Assembly: GCF_009914755.1 (NCBI RefSeq) | Contig: NC_060932.1 | Direction: 5' to 3' (one strand) | Length of the DNA stretch: 64,000 nt | Source: the human T2T-CHM13v2.0 reference genome, Homo sapiens | Shown here: one piece after another, positions 1-17,392 of the stretch | How positions within the stretch are numbered: the stretch's first letter is position 1 | How the letters are laid out: each line of letters opens with the position of its first letter | Made by a program: the position numbers and the translations under genes | The notes under the pieces: model-generated | What the model saw: the letters and a program-made list of their open reading frames with translations, nothing else | What the model was told of the DNA's origin: nothing | Databases searched by the model: none

Positions 1-3755
<3,755 letters not shown>

Positions 3756-6080
3756 TTGGTAGTATGCAGCCAATATGGTACCGGGAGGGAAATTTATGGC
3801 AATAAATGCTTACAATAGAAAAAGAAGAAAATCCCAAATAAGTAATTTAAGCTCCTACCTCAAAAACCTAAGAGAATAAGAGCAAAATAATCCCAAAGCA
3901 GGTAGAAATAAATAATAAAGACGTGGGCAGAAGTCAATAAAGTTGAAAACAGAAAGACAATAGGGAAAATCCATGAGACAAAAAGCTGGTTTTCTGAAAA
4001 GATATATAAAATTCATCTAGCAAGACAAAGACACAAAAAGACATAAGTTACCAATATCAGAAAGAAAACAGAGTATACCCACAAAACCCACAGCTAACAT
4101 CATACTTAATAGTGAAAGAGTATTTGTTTTCCCCTTAAGATCAGAAATAAGGCAAGATATTTACTCTAGCCACAGTTAGTAAGCATAATCCTGGAAGTTC
4201 TAGCCAAAGCAGTAAGGCAAAAAAAAAAAAAAAAAAAAAAAAAGGATATAAAAGACACAGAGATATGAAAAAAGATATAAAACTGCCTGAAATAAAACTG
4301 CTGACAGCATGGTTGTTTACATAGAATATGTACGATGACTTTTCAAAAAAACTCCTACAACTAACAAGTGGTTCAGTAAAGTCACAGGACACGAGATAAA
4401 TCGATACCCAAAATAAAAAATACAATTTATCGATTTTCCAAAGAAAATGAAATATTTGTGTACACATTTAACAAAACATTTTATAGGACTTGCACACTGA
4501 AAACTACAAAATGGTGATGGAAAAATCAAAGAAGATCTACATAAACAGAAAGGCATGCCATGTTTGTGGATTGCAAAACTCAACATTGCCAGTTCTCCCT
4601 AAATTCAAACACAGGTTTAATGCAATTCTTATCAAAATTTTCACAATCTTTTTGTAGATATAGCCATGATTATTCTAAAATTTATATCCAAACATATAAT
4701 ACCATAGACTTTATAAATCTAAAATTTATATCAAATTGTGAAGTTGAGGCTGCAGTGAGCTGTGATTGTGCCACTGCACTCCAGCCTGGGTGACAAAAGT
4801 GAGACCTTATCTCCAAAAATAGATAAATAAATAAACCTGTAGAATTTTTAGCAGATAATATAGCAGAAAATTTTTAGGCTGTGGGCTTGGTGAAGAAATC
4901 TTAGACATGACATCAAAATTATGAATCATAAAAGAAAAAAATTGGTATCGATAAATTGGACTTCATCAAGATTTAAACCTTCTGCTGTGGGAAAGAACTT
5001 GTTAAGAATATGAAAAGATGAGCTGCAGATTGAGGGAAAATATTTGAAAACCACATATGTGAAAAACGTCTTACATCTAGAATTCATGAAGCATTTTCAA
5101 ACCTCAACAGTAAAAACCAAACAATCCAATTAGAAAATGGACAAAAGATATGAAGAGATATTTCACCAAAGAGAACATACAGATGTCAAATAAACACACA
5201 AAAAGATATCCAACATTACTAGATATTAGGGATATCAAAACTAAGGCTATGGTGAGATATCAGGACACACCTATTGGAACAACCAAAACCAAAAGCAAGT
5301 ACTGACAACACTGAATACTATCATGGATGCAGAGAAACTGGATCCTGCATGTGGTGCTGGTGGGAATGTAAAATAGCACAGACAATCTGGGAAATAGGTG
5401 GTTTCTTAGAAAAATCTAAACATACAATTACCGTGTAACCCATCAGTGGTACTTCTGTGCATTTATCTGAGACACGACAACTTATGTCAACACAAAAACC
5501 TGTACACAACTCTTCACAGCATCTTTATCCGCAATAGCCCAAAGCTGAAAGCAACCAAAATGTCCCTAATAGGTGATGGTTGAATAAATGGATACATCCA
5601 TACCAGAGAATACTCAGCCATAAAAAAGGAATGAATGAATGATCCATGCAGCATCCTGGATCAATCTCCAGAGGATTTTATGGAGTGAAAAAAGCCAATA
5701 TCAAAAGTTTACATGCTCTGTAATTCCTTTTATATAACATTTTCAAATGACAAAATTATAGAGATAGAAAAGAGATGAGTGGTTGCCGGGGACTGGGGGT
5801 GGTAGGGGTGGGGGAGGCATGATTATAAAGGGGGTAACACAAAGGAAGCCTTGGGGTGATGGGATAGTTGTGATTTTTGATTTAGGTGGTGGTTACACAA
5901 ATCTACACATTTAATAAAATGACTCAAACCTAGCACACATTGTACCAATGTCACTTTTCTGGTTTTAATTTTGTATTGTAACCACTGGGGATAACTGGGT
6001 GAAGGGAACAGGAGACCTCTCTGCTCCTCTGCTGTCTTGGTAACTTACTGTGAATGTATAAGTATAAAAGTTATTTTTAA
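3756..6080 (+). mobile_element. Old LINE-1 (L1M, L1MC-like 3' end), internally deleted ORF2 plus 3'UTR; host of the L1PA insertion
   Basis: Degenerate ORF2-like sequence (GGGAAATTTATGGCAATAAATGCTTAC; AAACCCACAGCTAACATCATACTTAAT) with jumps, then an L1MC-type 3'UTR (ACCACTGGGGATAACTGGGTGAAGGG...). Confidence 0.85.
4741..4835 (+). mobile_element. Alu 3' fragment (AluJ/FLAM-like)
   Basis: GAGGCTGCAGTGAGCTGTGATTGTGCCACTGCACTCCAGCCTGGGTGAC followed by an (AAAT)n tail; 5' part missing. Confidence 0.9.
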
Positions 6081-6135
6081 AGTGTAGTCTGCAGCCTTTG
6101 GTCTGTGACTATAACCGAGTGACTCCTAAGGTTGG

Positions 6136-6193
6136 CTTTCTCAACCATCTGATCATGTAGTAGCCTTTCTCAACCATCTGGTCATGTAATAGC
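6136..6193. repeat. 29-bp tandem duplication
   Basis: CTTTCTCAACCATCTG(A/G)TCATGTA(G/A)TAGC occurs twice head-to-tail with 2 mismatches. Confidence 0.9.
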
Positions 6194-6285
6194 ACTGCCT
6201 CTCACGGGGTCCTGTGAGGATTGAGGGATGTAACCCGTATAGCGCATCGGGTGTGAGCACACCCTCAACAAATGGGAGCTGTTCT
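6194..6285 (+). mobile_element. MIR fragment
   Basis: Resembles the MIR core/3' end (CCTCTCACGGGGTCCTGTGAGGATTGAG...CCTCAACAAATGGGAGCTGTT). Confidence 0.55.
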
Positions 6286-7125
6286 AAAGATTGACCCCAA
6301 GCAAAGGGGAGCTCAGGATGCCATATGTTATTTCCTAAGAAAAAATTGCATGGATGGTAAGTGAGGATAGTGTCAGACCCAGGTAGATCTCAAGAAGAGT
6401 CTGAAAAATGGGACAATGTTATGTTCCTAATTAGACGTGGGCCACGGCCTCAGGTAAAGAGATTTTCTCTGTTCCTTCTTAGAGAATAGTGTGTGATGAT
6501 TTGTCAGAATCTGATAACAGGGACACTTTGGAAGTTCTTGGAGCATTATGTTTAAGTGTATGGGGTTTCAGTATCACTCTTTAAACAATATCAAGTTAAA
6601 AGACCAAAGCTCGTTTCAGTTCTGGAAAGGGGAAAAGGAACAAGAAACCACTGATTTATCAGTTATTGAATGATAGGCCTATGTGTGTTTATACTCTGAC
6701 TCTTGAAGCAAAATGTTGAAGGAAATCTCATATCATTCATTATTTACAAACAGAAAAGGACTATGGCCCTGAAGGATCCCTTTCTGTAGATTCCCCCTGT
6801 CTCTAGAGACTGCAGGGGAAGCAGAGTGAAATCCACACTCACATGGGCTGGCCTTGTGCTCTGCTCCTTGGATCAGTTTAGGGTCAGAATGAATACTCAG
6901 AATTTTTGAGATTCCAAACATTGATCATTTGGGCATATTCAAATTGATCAGTTTGTTTCAGTCTACTTATCATGAATAAATAATTAGAAAATATTTAAAC
7001 AAATAATGTGAGATTCTTTTGTCAGATATTTACTGAGTGCTACTGAGTGAAAATTAAAGGCACTAATTAGACATTGTTTGGACTTCAAGAACTGTACAGT
7101 CTCCTTAAGGGTGAGGTGCATGAGT

Positions 7126-7176
7126 TGAAGACATTTTAAGAAATACACACATGAAGACATTTAAGAAATATACACA
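7126..7176. repeat. ~26-bp tandem duplication
   Basis: TGAAGACATTT(T)AAGAAATA(C/T)ACACA occurs twice in tandem. Confidence 0.8.
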
Positions 7177-7598
7177 AGAAAGTGTATATTTCAATTCAGT
7201 GCAGAAGAGAAAGAACACAAACACATGCATGACATTTCAGGGGCAGAGAGATGGCTTTTTCAGGATGGCAGCAAGGAACATTTCATGGAGCACACATTGG
7301 ATTTGAGCTTGCCCTTGAGGATCTGGACGACAGAAAAAGGTAAGTTGCGTGGCAGCAACGGGGAGGGACGTGGCACAGTCTGGGAGTGAAGAGCCGTCCA
7401 TTTGGCTGGAGGGCAGGCAGGAAAAGTGAATGAGAGGGTTTTGCTGGCAATAGCAAGTTTGGCTTTCAGGCTAAGGAATTTAGAGTCTATTTGTCAAACC
7501 ATGAGGAACAACAGCAACTTTTTGCATACAAAAGTGTTGGGCCTGGAAATATTCAAGGTAACTGTTACAGCCGTGGTGCTCCATGAATGGAAGGGGCC

Positions 7599-7974
7599 TG
7601 TGTTGGTCTGCTCAGGCTGTGTAACAAAATACCACAGGCTGGATGCTTAAAGGCAGACATGTACTTTGTCACAGTTCTAGAGCCTGGATGTCCAAGAGCA
7701 AGGTGCTAGCAGGTTGGTGTCTGGTGAGAGCTCCCTTTGTGTCCTTTCTTGCTATATGTCCCATGACCTTTCCTCCATACAGAGAGCAGAGAGGGAGTGA
7801 GCCCTCAGGCATGTCTTCCTGTAAAGACACTACTCTTATGAGATTAGGACCCCACTCTTATGACCTCATTTTACCTTAATGACTTCCGTAGTGGCCCCAC
7901 TCCAAATGCAGCCACACTGGGGGTTAGGACTTCAACATGTGAATTCTGGGGGATACAACATGCAGTCCCTAACA
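7599..7974 (-). mobile_element. ERVL-MaLR solo LTR (MLT1A-like)
   Basis: TGT...CAGGCTGTGTAACAAAATACCACAGGCTGG...CACAGTTCTAGAGCCTGGATGTCCAAG...GGGGTTAGGACTTCAACATGTGAATTCTGGGGG...CCCTAACA; MaLR termini. Confidence 0.85.
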
Positions 7975-8408
7975 GGGCCTAAGGTCTAAGGCTGAAAACA
8001 GGGAAACCACTCAGAGGGGGGCTGTGATCGTTCAAGAAGAATGAATGAGATTGGGTGGGGATGTGGCAGGGAGGTGAGGGTAAGTCTAGAGGGACAGCTC
8101 CGTGCAGGGCCATCTACTCCTGTACTTGCAGTGGGCACCTCTTTCTGGTCTTCTTCACACTTCTAATGTCCTGTGTCACTTCAGGTCTCTTAATCTGGGG
8201 GGCCAACTATGTGGTGTGTGCAGGAGAGGAGAGAACTAGAAGAGTGTTCCACTTCTCATGCTGTATTGAGAGTGGCAGAGGATGGAGACAGGGCTGAGCA
8301 GCTTATTTCTAAAGGTTTGTTTTGCTTTGCTTTGGACATAGGACCTCTCTACGTGTGGAGAGGTGTCTAGAGCTGCTACATCATCACACATGCAAGCCGT
8401 CCTCACAA

Positions 8409-8960
8409 CAGGGGCAGCAAACTGTTTCTGTAAAAGGTCAGATGGTAAATATTTTAGGCTTTGTGAGCCAAGGGGCAATATTGAAGACATTATGTAGGTA
8501 CTTAGGTAACAAGAGAGAAAACAAATCCCTACAAATTTTTTAATGACAAAATTCAAAACATAATAATTGTGTACAGTGTTTTGTAATATAGTTCTCCTGA
8601 TGAGAAGAATGGAATTCTTTATGGGAGAAATAATATTTCACTCAGAATTCAAAGTTTGTTTTCTCTGTCATCAAAATCAAAGACAAATGTTCATCTCTTA
8701 ATGCTGATCTAATAGGAAGGAGATCTTACATATTTCACCTTTGAAAATGCCATTTTACACAACAAGCTGCTGCCAGATAATGACATTAACTCATGAGCAT
8801 GTGATTTTAACTGAGGATATCATCACTTGGAAGGCACATCTAGAATTTGATAAGATTCTTCTCTTAATAGGTGCTTTTAGTATGTCATGATACTCCAGAT
8901 TTAATAGTTCCTATTGAAGGTTAAGTGGAGACTCTTCAACTACACGTTTAATTGATTTTT
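8409..8960. mobile_element. hAT-Charlie DNA transposon (MER58/Cheshire-like) fragment
   Basis: Begins CAGGGGCAGCAAACTGTTTCTGTAAAAGGTCAGATGGTAAATATTTTAGGCTTTGTGAGCCA, the MER58-type terminus. Right boundary uncertain. Confidence 0.7.
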
Positions 8961-9133
8961 CAAAAAGAAAATTATGGAATGAATATTTTCAAACATCATA
9001 CAAAAAAATTAAGATAATAGTCTAATAATCCACATGTACCTACATTCTAGAATTATCTAGATTTTGTCATGTTCACTTCATCAGTCATTTCCTCTTCTAT
9101 TTCTTTTTCCTTTTCTGTTAAAAACATTTGGGA

Positions 9134-9465
<332 letters not shown>

Positions 9466-12400
9466 TCAGACATTACATCACTTTAATTCCTACATAATTC
9501 AGTGTTCATCTCTAAAAAATATGGACTTTGTATGACTATTCTTATAAACCAGAAAAAATCTAAATACTTTATTTAGAAAATTTAATGTTTCTCTCTTGAT
9601 ATCCAGCAGTGTAGGACTTGAGAGCAAGATCAAATTAGTTACAAAAAAATAATATGGCAATCTTTTCTTTGCACATCTGAGTGTGGAAATGATCCATCCC
9701 ATTACCTTTATATGTCTTGTTAAAAAATAGCTTTTCATTATGAAATAATTATAGGTTCACAGGAAGTTGCATGGAAATGTAAGAGAGGTCCAGAGTACCC
9801 TTCACCCAGCTTCCCCCCATGTTATTATTTTGTGTAAATATGCTACAATATCAGCCAGGAAATTGATGTTGGTTCCATCCGTGGAGCTTATTGAGATTTC
9901 ACTAGCTATAGTATTGGTGGATATGTGTGTGTAGTTCTATGCAATTTTATCACATGTGTAACTTCATGTAACCATGACTACAATCGTGGTACCATCACTA
10001 CAAGGTTCTCTCATGCTTCCTGTTTATGGCCACACCTGTGCTTCCATCTGTATCCATAACCCTTAGCAACCACTAACCTATTATCCATCTCTGTAATTAT
10101 GTTATTTCACAAACATTATATAAATGGAATCATGCAGTATTTATACTTTTGAGATTGGCTTTCCTTGAGGGTCATAAAAATTGTGTGGATCAATAGCTTT
10201 TTAAAATTGTTGAGTAGTAGTATTCCACTGTCTGGATGTCCCAGAGCTTATTGAACTATTCACCCATTGAAGGATATTTGGTAGTTATGAGTTTTGCACT
10301 TTTATGAATAAAGCTGCTATGAATATTCATAGTCAAATTTCTGTGAGAAAATCAATTTTCATTGTTCTGAAATGCCCGAGTACAATTCTTGGTCATAAGG
10401 TAAGTTCACTTTTAGGTTTAGAAGAAATTGCCAAAGTATTTCCCAGAGTGGCTATACCATTTTACATTCCCACAAACATTCCAGTTTCTCCATATGTATT
10501 CTCTCACATTTGATATTGCATCATTTGAATTTTAGCTATTCTAATAGATATGTGGTGATAGCTCCTTGTGGTTTTCACGTGCATTTCCTTAGTGGGTAAT
10601 GATGATGAAATTTTTTTCATGTGCTTCTTTGTCATCTCTATGTCCTTTTCAGAGAGATATCTCTTAGTGTCTTTTGCTCCTTTACTAATATAGATATATT
10701 TTTTTAAGTTGAGATTTGAAAGTTCTTTAGATAGCCTAGCTACAAGTCCTTTGTGGGATACATGGTTTATAAAAATTTTATCCTATCCCGTAGCTTGTCT
10801 TTACGTTCTTCTTAACAGGGTCTTTTGCAGAGCAAAAATTGAAATTTTGCTATAAACATTTGCATGTTCATAGCATGATTTCAGAAGTGTTTCCTTCTCT
10901 TCTATTTTCTGGAAGAGTTTGTGTAAAATTGTTCTTAAGTTTTCTTAATAATCTGGGCCCAGAGATGTCTCTTTGGGAAACTTTTAAATTATGCATTCAA
11001 TTTAATAATTTTGCTGAGGTCCAATTTATTATATTCTCCTTTTATGGATTTTACCGTGTTTAAGTATAAGATATCTTTGCCTAGTGCCTGGTCCCAAAGA
11101 CTTCCTCCTAGAGGTTTTATGGTTTTACAGTTTACATTTAAATCTATGATCCATTTTGAGTTGATTTTTTTTTTCTAAGGTATTCTGTTTAGGTTGAGGT
11201 TCACATTTTGTTTGCCTATGGATGTCAAATTGCTCCAGCACTATTTTCGACAAGGCTTTCCCTCCTCTGTTGAACTGTTTTGCTCCTTCGTCAGAAGTTA
11301 ACTGGGCATATATGTATGTAAACCTCCTTCTGGATTTTTTAGTCTGTTGTACTGATCTATCTGTCTATCCCTCCATCAATATCATGTAGTCTTGATTACT
11401 TTAGCTATATAGTAAGCCTAATAATTTCTCCCACTTTATCCTAATTTTTCAAAATTGATTTGGCTCTTCTTGGACCTCTTTCTGTCCATATACATTTTTC
11501 TATGTTGACAACAAATCTTTTCAAGGTTTTGATAGGAATTTCATTAGCTCTGTCTATAAATTTAGGGAGAATTGATATGTTTGCTATGTTGTCTTCTAAT
11601 CCATGTACATGGTATGTCTATTCAAAAAATTTATGACTTTGATTTCCTTCATTAGCATTTTATAATTTTTATCATATGGCTTATACATGTTTTGTTAGAG
11701 TTATAGACAATAATTTAATTTTCTTTGAAGAGATTATAATTGGTAGTGAACTTTTAATTTTGGTTTCCATTTGTTTTCAGTAGATAGAAGTGCAATTGAT
11801 TTTTGTGTGTTGATTTTGTATCCTGCAATCTTACTGAACTCATTTATTGGTTCTATGAGTTTTTAAAAACATTTCTTAAGATATCTACATAGACAATCAT
11901 GTCATCTGCAAGTAGAGATGGTTTTATTTATTTCTACTCTGTACATGTTTTTTTTATTTTTCCCCCTTTGGCTCACCTTATTGCATCTGCTTAGTACTTC
12001 TAGAACTGTGTTAAAGAAGAATGCTGAGACATCCTTGCATTGCTCCTGATCTTAGAGGAAAAACATTCAGTTTCCACTATTAAAAATAATGTTAGCCATA
12101 GTATTTTTGTAGATGCTCATTATAAGGTTGAGGAATGTCCCTTCTTTTCCTAATGTACTAAAAGTTTTAAAGATTATGAAATGGTGTTGAGTTTTGTCAT
12201 TCTGCATCAACTGATATGAGCATATAATTTTTTTCCTATTAATATGGTAGATTACATTGATTGGTTTTTGAATAATGAACCAGTCTTGCATTCCTGGAAT
12301 AAACCCCACTTAGTCATTGTGCACATATTTTATATTTATTATTGAATTTTATTTACTAATATCTGATTAAGAATGTTTCCATCTATATTCATGAGTGATA

Positions 12401-13642
12401 TTGGTCAATGGTTTTCTTTTTTGTACTATGTCTGGTTTTAGTATCAGCACAATAGTATTGTTATAAGTGAGTTGGGAAGTACACCCTCTTATTTTCTGGA
12501 GGGGATTATGCATACTTGTGTTCTTCGAACATTTGATAGAATTCTTCAGGGAAACTATCTACTGAGAAATGCCTATTTCTGGAAAGTTTTAAAAATTACA
12601 AATTCAAGTTCCTAAATATAGAGGTAATAAAATTATCTGTTTCTTACTGGGTGAACTGTAGTAGTTTGTACTGTTTAAGAAAATTGTACATTGCATCTCT
12701 GTTGTTAAATTTATATATGTAGAGTTTTTCATAGCATGATTTCAGAAGTGTTTCCTTCTCTTCTATTTTCTGGAAGAGTTTGTGTAAAATTGTTGTTAAG
12801 TTTTCCTAATAATATGGGCCCAGAGATGTCTCTTTGGGAAACTTTTAAATTACACCTTCAATTTAGTAATTATAGTACTATTTAAGCTATCTGTTCATCT
12901 TGGCTGAGTTTTGGTAGTTAGAGTTTCCCAGGAATTGGTGATTTCTTCTAAGTTGTTTAATTTGTAAGTATAAAGTTGTTAGCAGTATTTCCTTGTTATA
13001 CTGCAGAATCATTTGTAATTTCATTTGTTTGATTCCTGATATTGGTGATTTGTGTCTTCTCTTTTTATCTTTGTCAAAATGCTTAGGTTTGCCATTTTCA
13101 CTATTTTTTCCCCAAAGAATCATTCTTCTCCATTAATTTCCTCTATTGTTCTTCTGCTTTCAATTTCATTGACTTCTGTTTTATCTTTATTATTTCTTTA
13201 CTTTTGCTTGCTTTTGATATATTTTGCCTTGCTTTTTCCTATTTCATGAGATTTCAATCTAAGTTCAGCTTAGATTTCTGATTTGAGATCTCTCCATTCG
13301 TTAGAAGGACTTGGGGCTATAAATTTCCCTCTCAATACTACTCTAGCTCAATCCCCAACATTTTAATATGTTGTCTTTTAATTTTCATTCAGTTGTAATT
13401 GTTTTTAAAAATTTCTTATGGACCGCTTCTTTGATTCATGGATTATGTAAAAGTGTGTTATTTAATTTCCAAGTGTCTGGGAATTTCCCTTTTATCTTTC
13501 CGTTATTTGTTTCTAGTCTTATTTTATCATGGTAACAGAATGCACTCTGTATGACTCAATTATTTTACATTTAGTAAGATTTGTTTTATGACCCAACATT
13601 CTTAATAACATTATATGGGCACTTTAAAAGAATGTGCATTTT

Positions 13643-13883
13643 GACTGGACATGGTGGTTTACACCTGTAGTCCCAGCACTTTGAGAGGCCGAGGCAGATC
13701 ATTTGAGGTCAGGAGTTCAAGACCAGCCTGGCCAACATGGTGAAACCTGTTTCTATTAAAAATACAAAAATTAGCTGGGCGTGGTGCACTGCACGAGATC
13801 GCACCACTGCACTCCAGCCTGGGTGATGGAGTGGGACACTGTCTCAAAAACAAGCAAACAAAAAAACCCAAAACAAACAAACA
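13643..13883 (+). mobile_element. AluS with ~80-bp internal deletion in the right arm
   Basis: Left arm present; TTAGCTGGGCGTGGTGCAC jumps to GAGATCGCACCACTGC. 17-bp TSD AAAAGAATGTGCATTTT at 13626-13642 and 13884-13900. Confidence 0.95.
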
Positions 13884-14629
13884 AAAAGAATGTGCATTTT
13901 GCTGTTCCTAGATGATGTCCTATAAATGTCAATTAAATCCTTTCAGTTGATGGTGATGTTGAGTTCCTGAGAGTGGGGTGTTTAGGCTCTCAACTACAAT
14001 TCGTTTATTTCTCCTTTCAGTTCTGTTAGTTGAAGCTCTGGCATTTGATGCATGTAGATTTAGAATTGCTGTATATTCTTGGTAGGTTGATGTAATGTCC
14101 ATCTTTTTAACGTTCTTTTCTCTGACATCTACTTTAACGTATCCACTTTTGCTTTTAAAAAATATGTCTGTATGATATAACTTTTTCATCTTTTTTACTA
14201 TAAACCTACCTATGTTGTTTGCATTAAGGGAGTTTATATGTAGACAGCGTATATTTGGGTTGCATCTTTTTTAAATCCACTGTGCCAACCTGTGTGCTTT
14301 TATTGGTGTATTTAAGGCATTCGGATTTGAAGTAATTATTGATACAGTAGGGCTTAGGTCTGACTTTTTATTTTTTCTTTTCTGTTTGTTCTTTTTTTTC
14401 TCATTTTCTCTTTTTTATTTCTTGCTTTTCTGTGTGGTACTTGAACCTTTTGTTAGAATTCCATTTTGATTTCTTCATAGTGTTTTTGAGTATATTACTT
14501 TGTATAGCTTTTTTCTTGTTCTATATTACCATATACATACATAACTTATCACAGCTTACTGGTGTTGACGTTTGATCATTTTGAATAATGTGTAGACCTT
14601 ACTTCCACATAGGTCCTTTACCCTCCCTA

Positions 14630-15003
<374 letters not shown>

Positions 15004-17186
15004 TTATAAGTTTTGCTTCAACCATAAAATATCATTAAAGTAACTCATTAAATGATAGTCTATTGTCTTTATTTCTATTTTTTACCCTTTCCATTGTTCT
15101 CTTTCTTTTCTAAAATTTTCAGCCCTCTTTTGCTATAATTTTCTTTCTGTTTGGGAGTTTCATTTAGCCTGTAACAAATTTTCTTAGTTTTTCTCTGTGT
15201 GAGAATTTCCAGTTCACTCATTAAGGATAGTTTGTCCACGTATAGAATTTGCAGTTGAGAGCTCTTTTCTTTCAGCATGTGAAGACTGTTGTATTACTTT
15301 TTTCTGGCCTCCGTAGTTTCAGATGAGAAATCTGATGTCATATGAATTTCTGTTCTTTTATAAGTTATGTATTATTTCTCCTTGTTTGTTTTTAACTCTT
15401 TGATTTTTAGAAATTGATTATAATGTGTCTTTGTGTAGTTCTGGTTTATCATATTTATGTTTTTCTCAGCTTTTAAAATCTTTAGGCTTATGTATTTTAT
15501 TAAATTTGGGAAGTTTTTGGTCTCATACTCCTTAGTCCTATCCTTGGGGAGTTCAATAATATGAATGGTAGATCTTTGGTTTTAAAGTCTGTTTTCTCTC
15601 TGTTGTTCAGACTGAGTAAATTCTATTGGTTTGTCTTCAAGTTCACTGAGTGTAGCATCCATCATCACTACTCTACTATTAAATTCGAGTACTTTAAAAA
15701 CATTTTGGTTATTATATTTTTCAGTTTGTAATTTTTATTTGGTTCTTTTTTATAACTTCTTTTCTTTGCTGAAGTTTTTGTATTTGTTTTGAGATAATTT
15801 ATAATTGATTGTTAAAACATTTCTGTGATGGCTAGTTTAAAATCCTTGTCCAATAACTCCAACTTCTAATTCATCTCTGTATTTGCATCAGTTAATTGTC
15901 TTTTCTCATTGAAGTTGTGTTCTATTGGTTTTTGGTATGATATGTGATTTTTGATTGCATCTTGAACATTTTGTTTATTATGTTAGGAGACTGTCATCTG
16001 ATTGAAATCTGTTTTAGCAGGCAGTCACCCTGCTTAAGATTGGTATGTACACTGTGGCCTGCTATTGGCTCTAGTTTCATATCAGTTTAGTTTTCAAAAT
16101 GCTTGCAATGCTTTTCTGGTCTGACTCATTCTTCTGGCACTTCTGGGGGCCCCTTTCAATCTCTGTTGGTGCTGCCCTGGAGAGATGGAAAGCGCCTCTC
16201 TGGGTTGCCTTGTATTGCTGGCTCACCTTCTGTTACTGGGGGATAGAAGCTCAGGAGCTGCTGGGCCTTGGTCTCCTTATGCAACTGGGCAGAGGGCAGG
16301 GCAATGCAGGGTGCTACTGATGCTGGCCTGGCAGGTTAAGTGGCCTACTGGTTCCCTGGTTCCGAGCAGAAGTCGAGGCTTCCCATCAGGACTCTCTTAG
16401 GCTTCCCCTTTCCCAGTTTTTTTTTTTTAATTTTTTTTTTTTTTTTTTTTGCTAGCGAGAGCAGGCTATAAAAGCTTTTTAATCTATGCCTGTTGGGGGT
16501 CCGAATTGCAGGCCTGTCATGGCTGATCCCTTAGGACACCTAGGGAACCTCCTGGTTTTTCCTTAAGTCTTAAAATCCCTAGTTAGTTCACTTTCTCCTT
16601 TTCAGGGTTTAGAGTTATTCTTTCTAGAATCATAGTCTGTTTTATAATTTGTGGGCTTATTTAGTTGCATTTAGAGGAGATCAGTAGGGAAAAGTGGTAT
16701 ATACCATCTTGTTCCAGATCCCAAAAGCTTAAATGGATTTTGAAATATAGACCAATTTTTCACACTTGCAATGAAGTGCAAGTATTGCTGCCACTACCAT
16801 GGTTTGAGCTAAAAAATATATATATCCACTGTGTACTTGTATGGGAATGGAGAGCTAATTTCTTATGTTAAACATTAACAATACAGGAAGTGTATAAAGT
16901 ATATTGACATTACTTTTGATTCAACAAGATTAGTTGTTGACAAAATGAGTTTATCACATTGTAAGTGTTATATATAAGTGCTGTTTTGTCACTTTAAGTT
17001 GAATTTGTTAAGAAACATGATCAAATCTGTAGCAAAAGCTAATTTCCAAAACCATTCAGTGTTTGATGATAGTGGTCAAGGGTGTTTCTACCAATCACTG
17101 AAAACACAAAAACCATTCCTAGCTCGGGCCATACTCCAACAGGCAGAGGCCTTCGTCTGCCTATTTCTGGTCTGCAACAACTTTTT

Positions 17187-17392
17187 CCAGTGCTATGCTG
17201 GTAAATGTTTAACAGTTAGGTCTCTGGGGAACAGAAGCCCTGGTGGGTAGGGCTTACTGGTTTCTGTGGTGGAAATACTTCCACCATGGCTGATCTTAAG
17301 CTGCCGACGCAATGTCACTGAATGAGGGATTGTGAGAGGTTGTGCACCATTGGCTCTCTCAAGCAGCTGTGGGCAGGCTTTAGGACACCATG
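17187..17392. mobile_element. hAT-Blackjack MITE (MER63A-like)
   Basis: Terminus CCAGTGCTATGCTGGTAAATGTTTAACA; degenerate opposite end (GGCTCTCTCAAGCAGCTGTGGGCAGGCTTTAGGACACCATGG). Confidence 0.65.

Noticed and set aside
5788-5814. G-quadruplex motif GGGGACTGGGGGTGGTAGGGGTGGGGG
   Set aside because: Lies in the G-rich patch typical of L1 3'UTRs.
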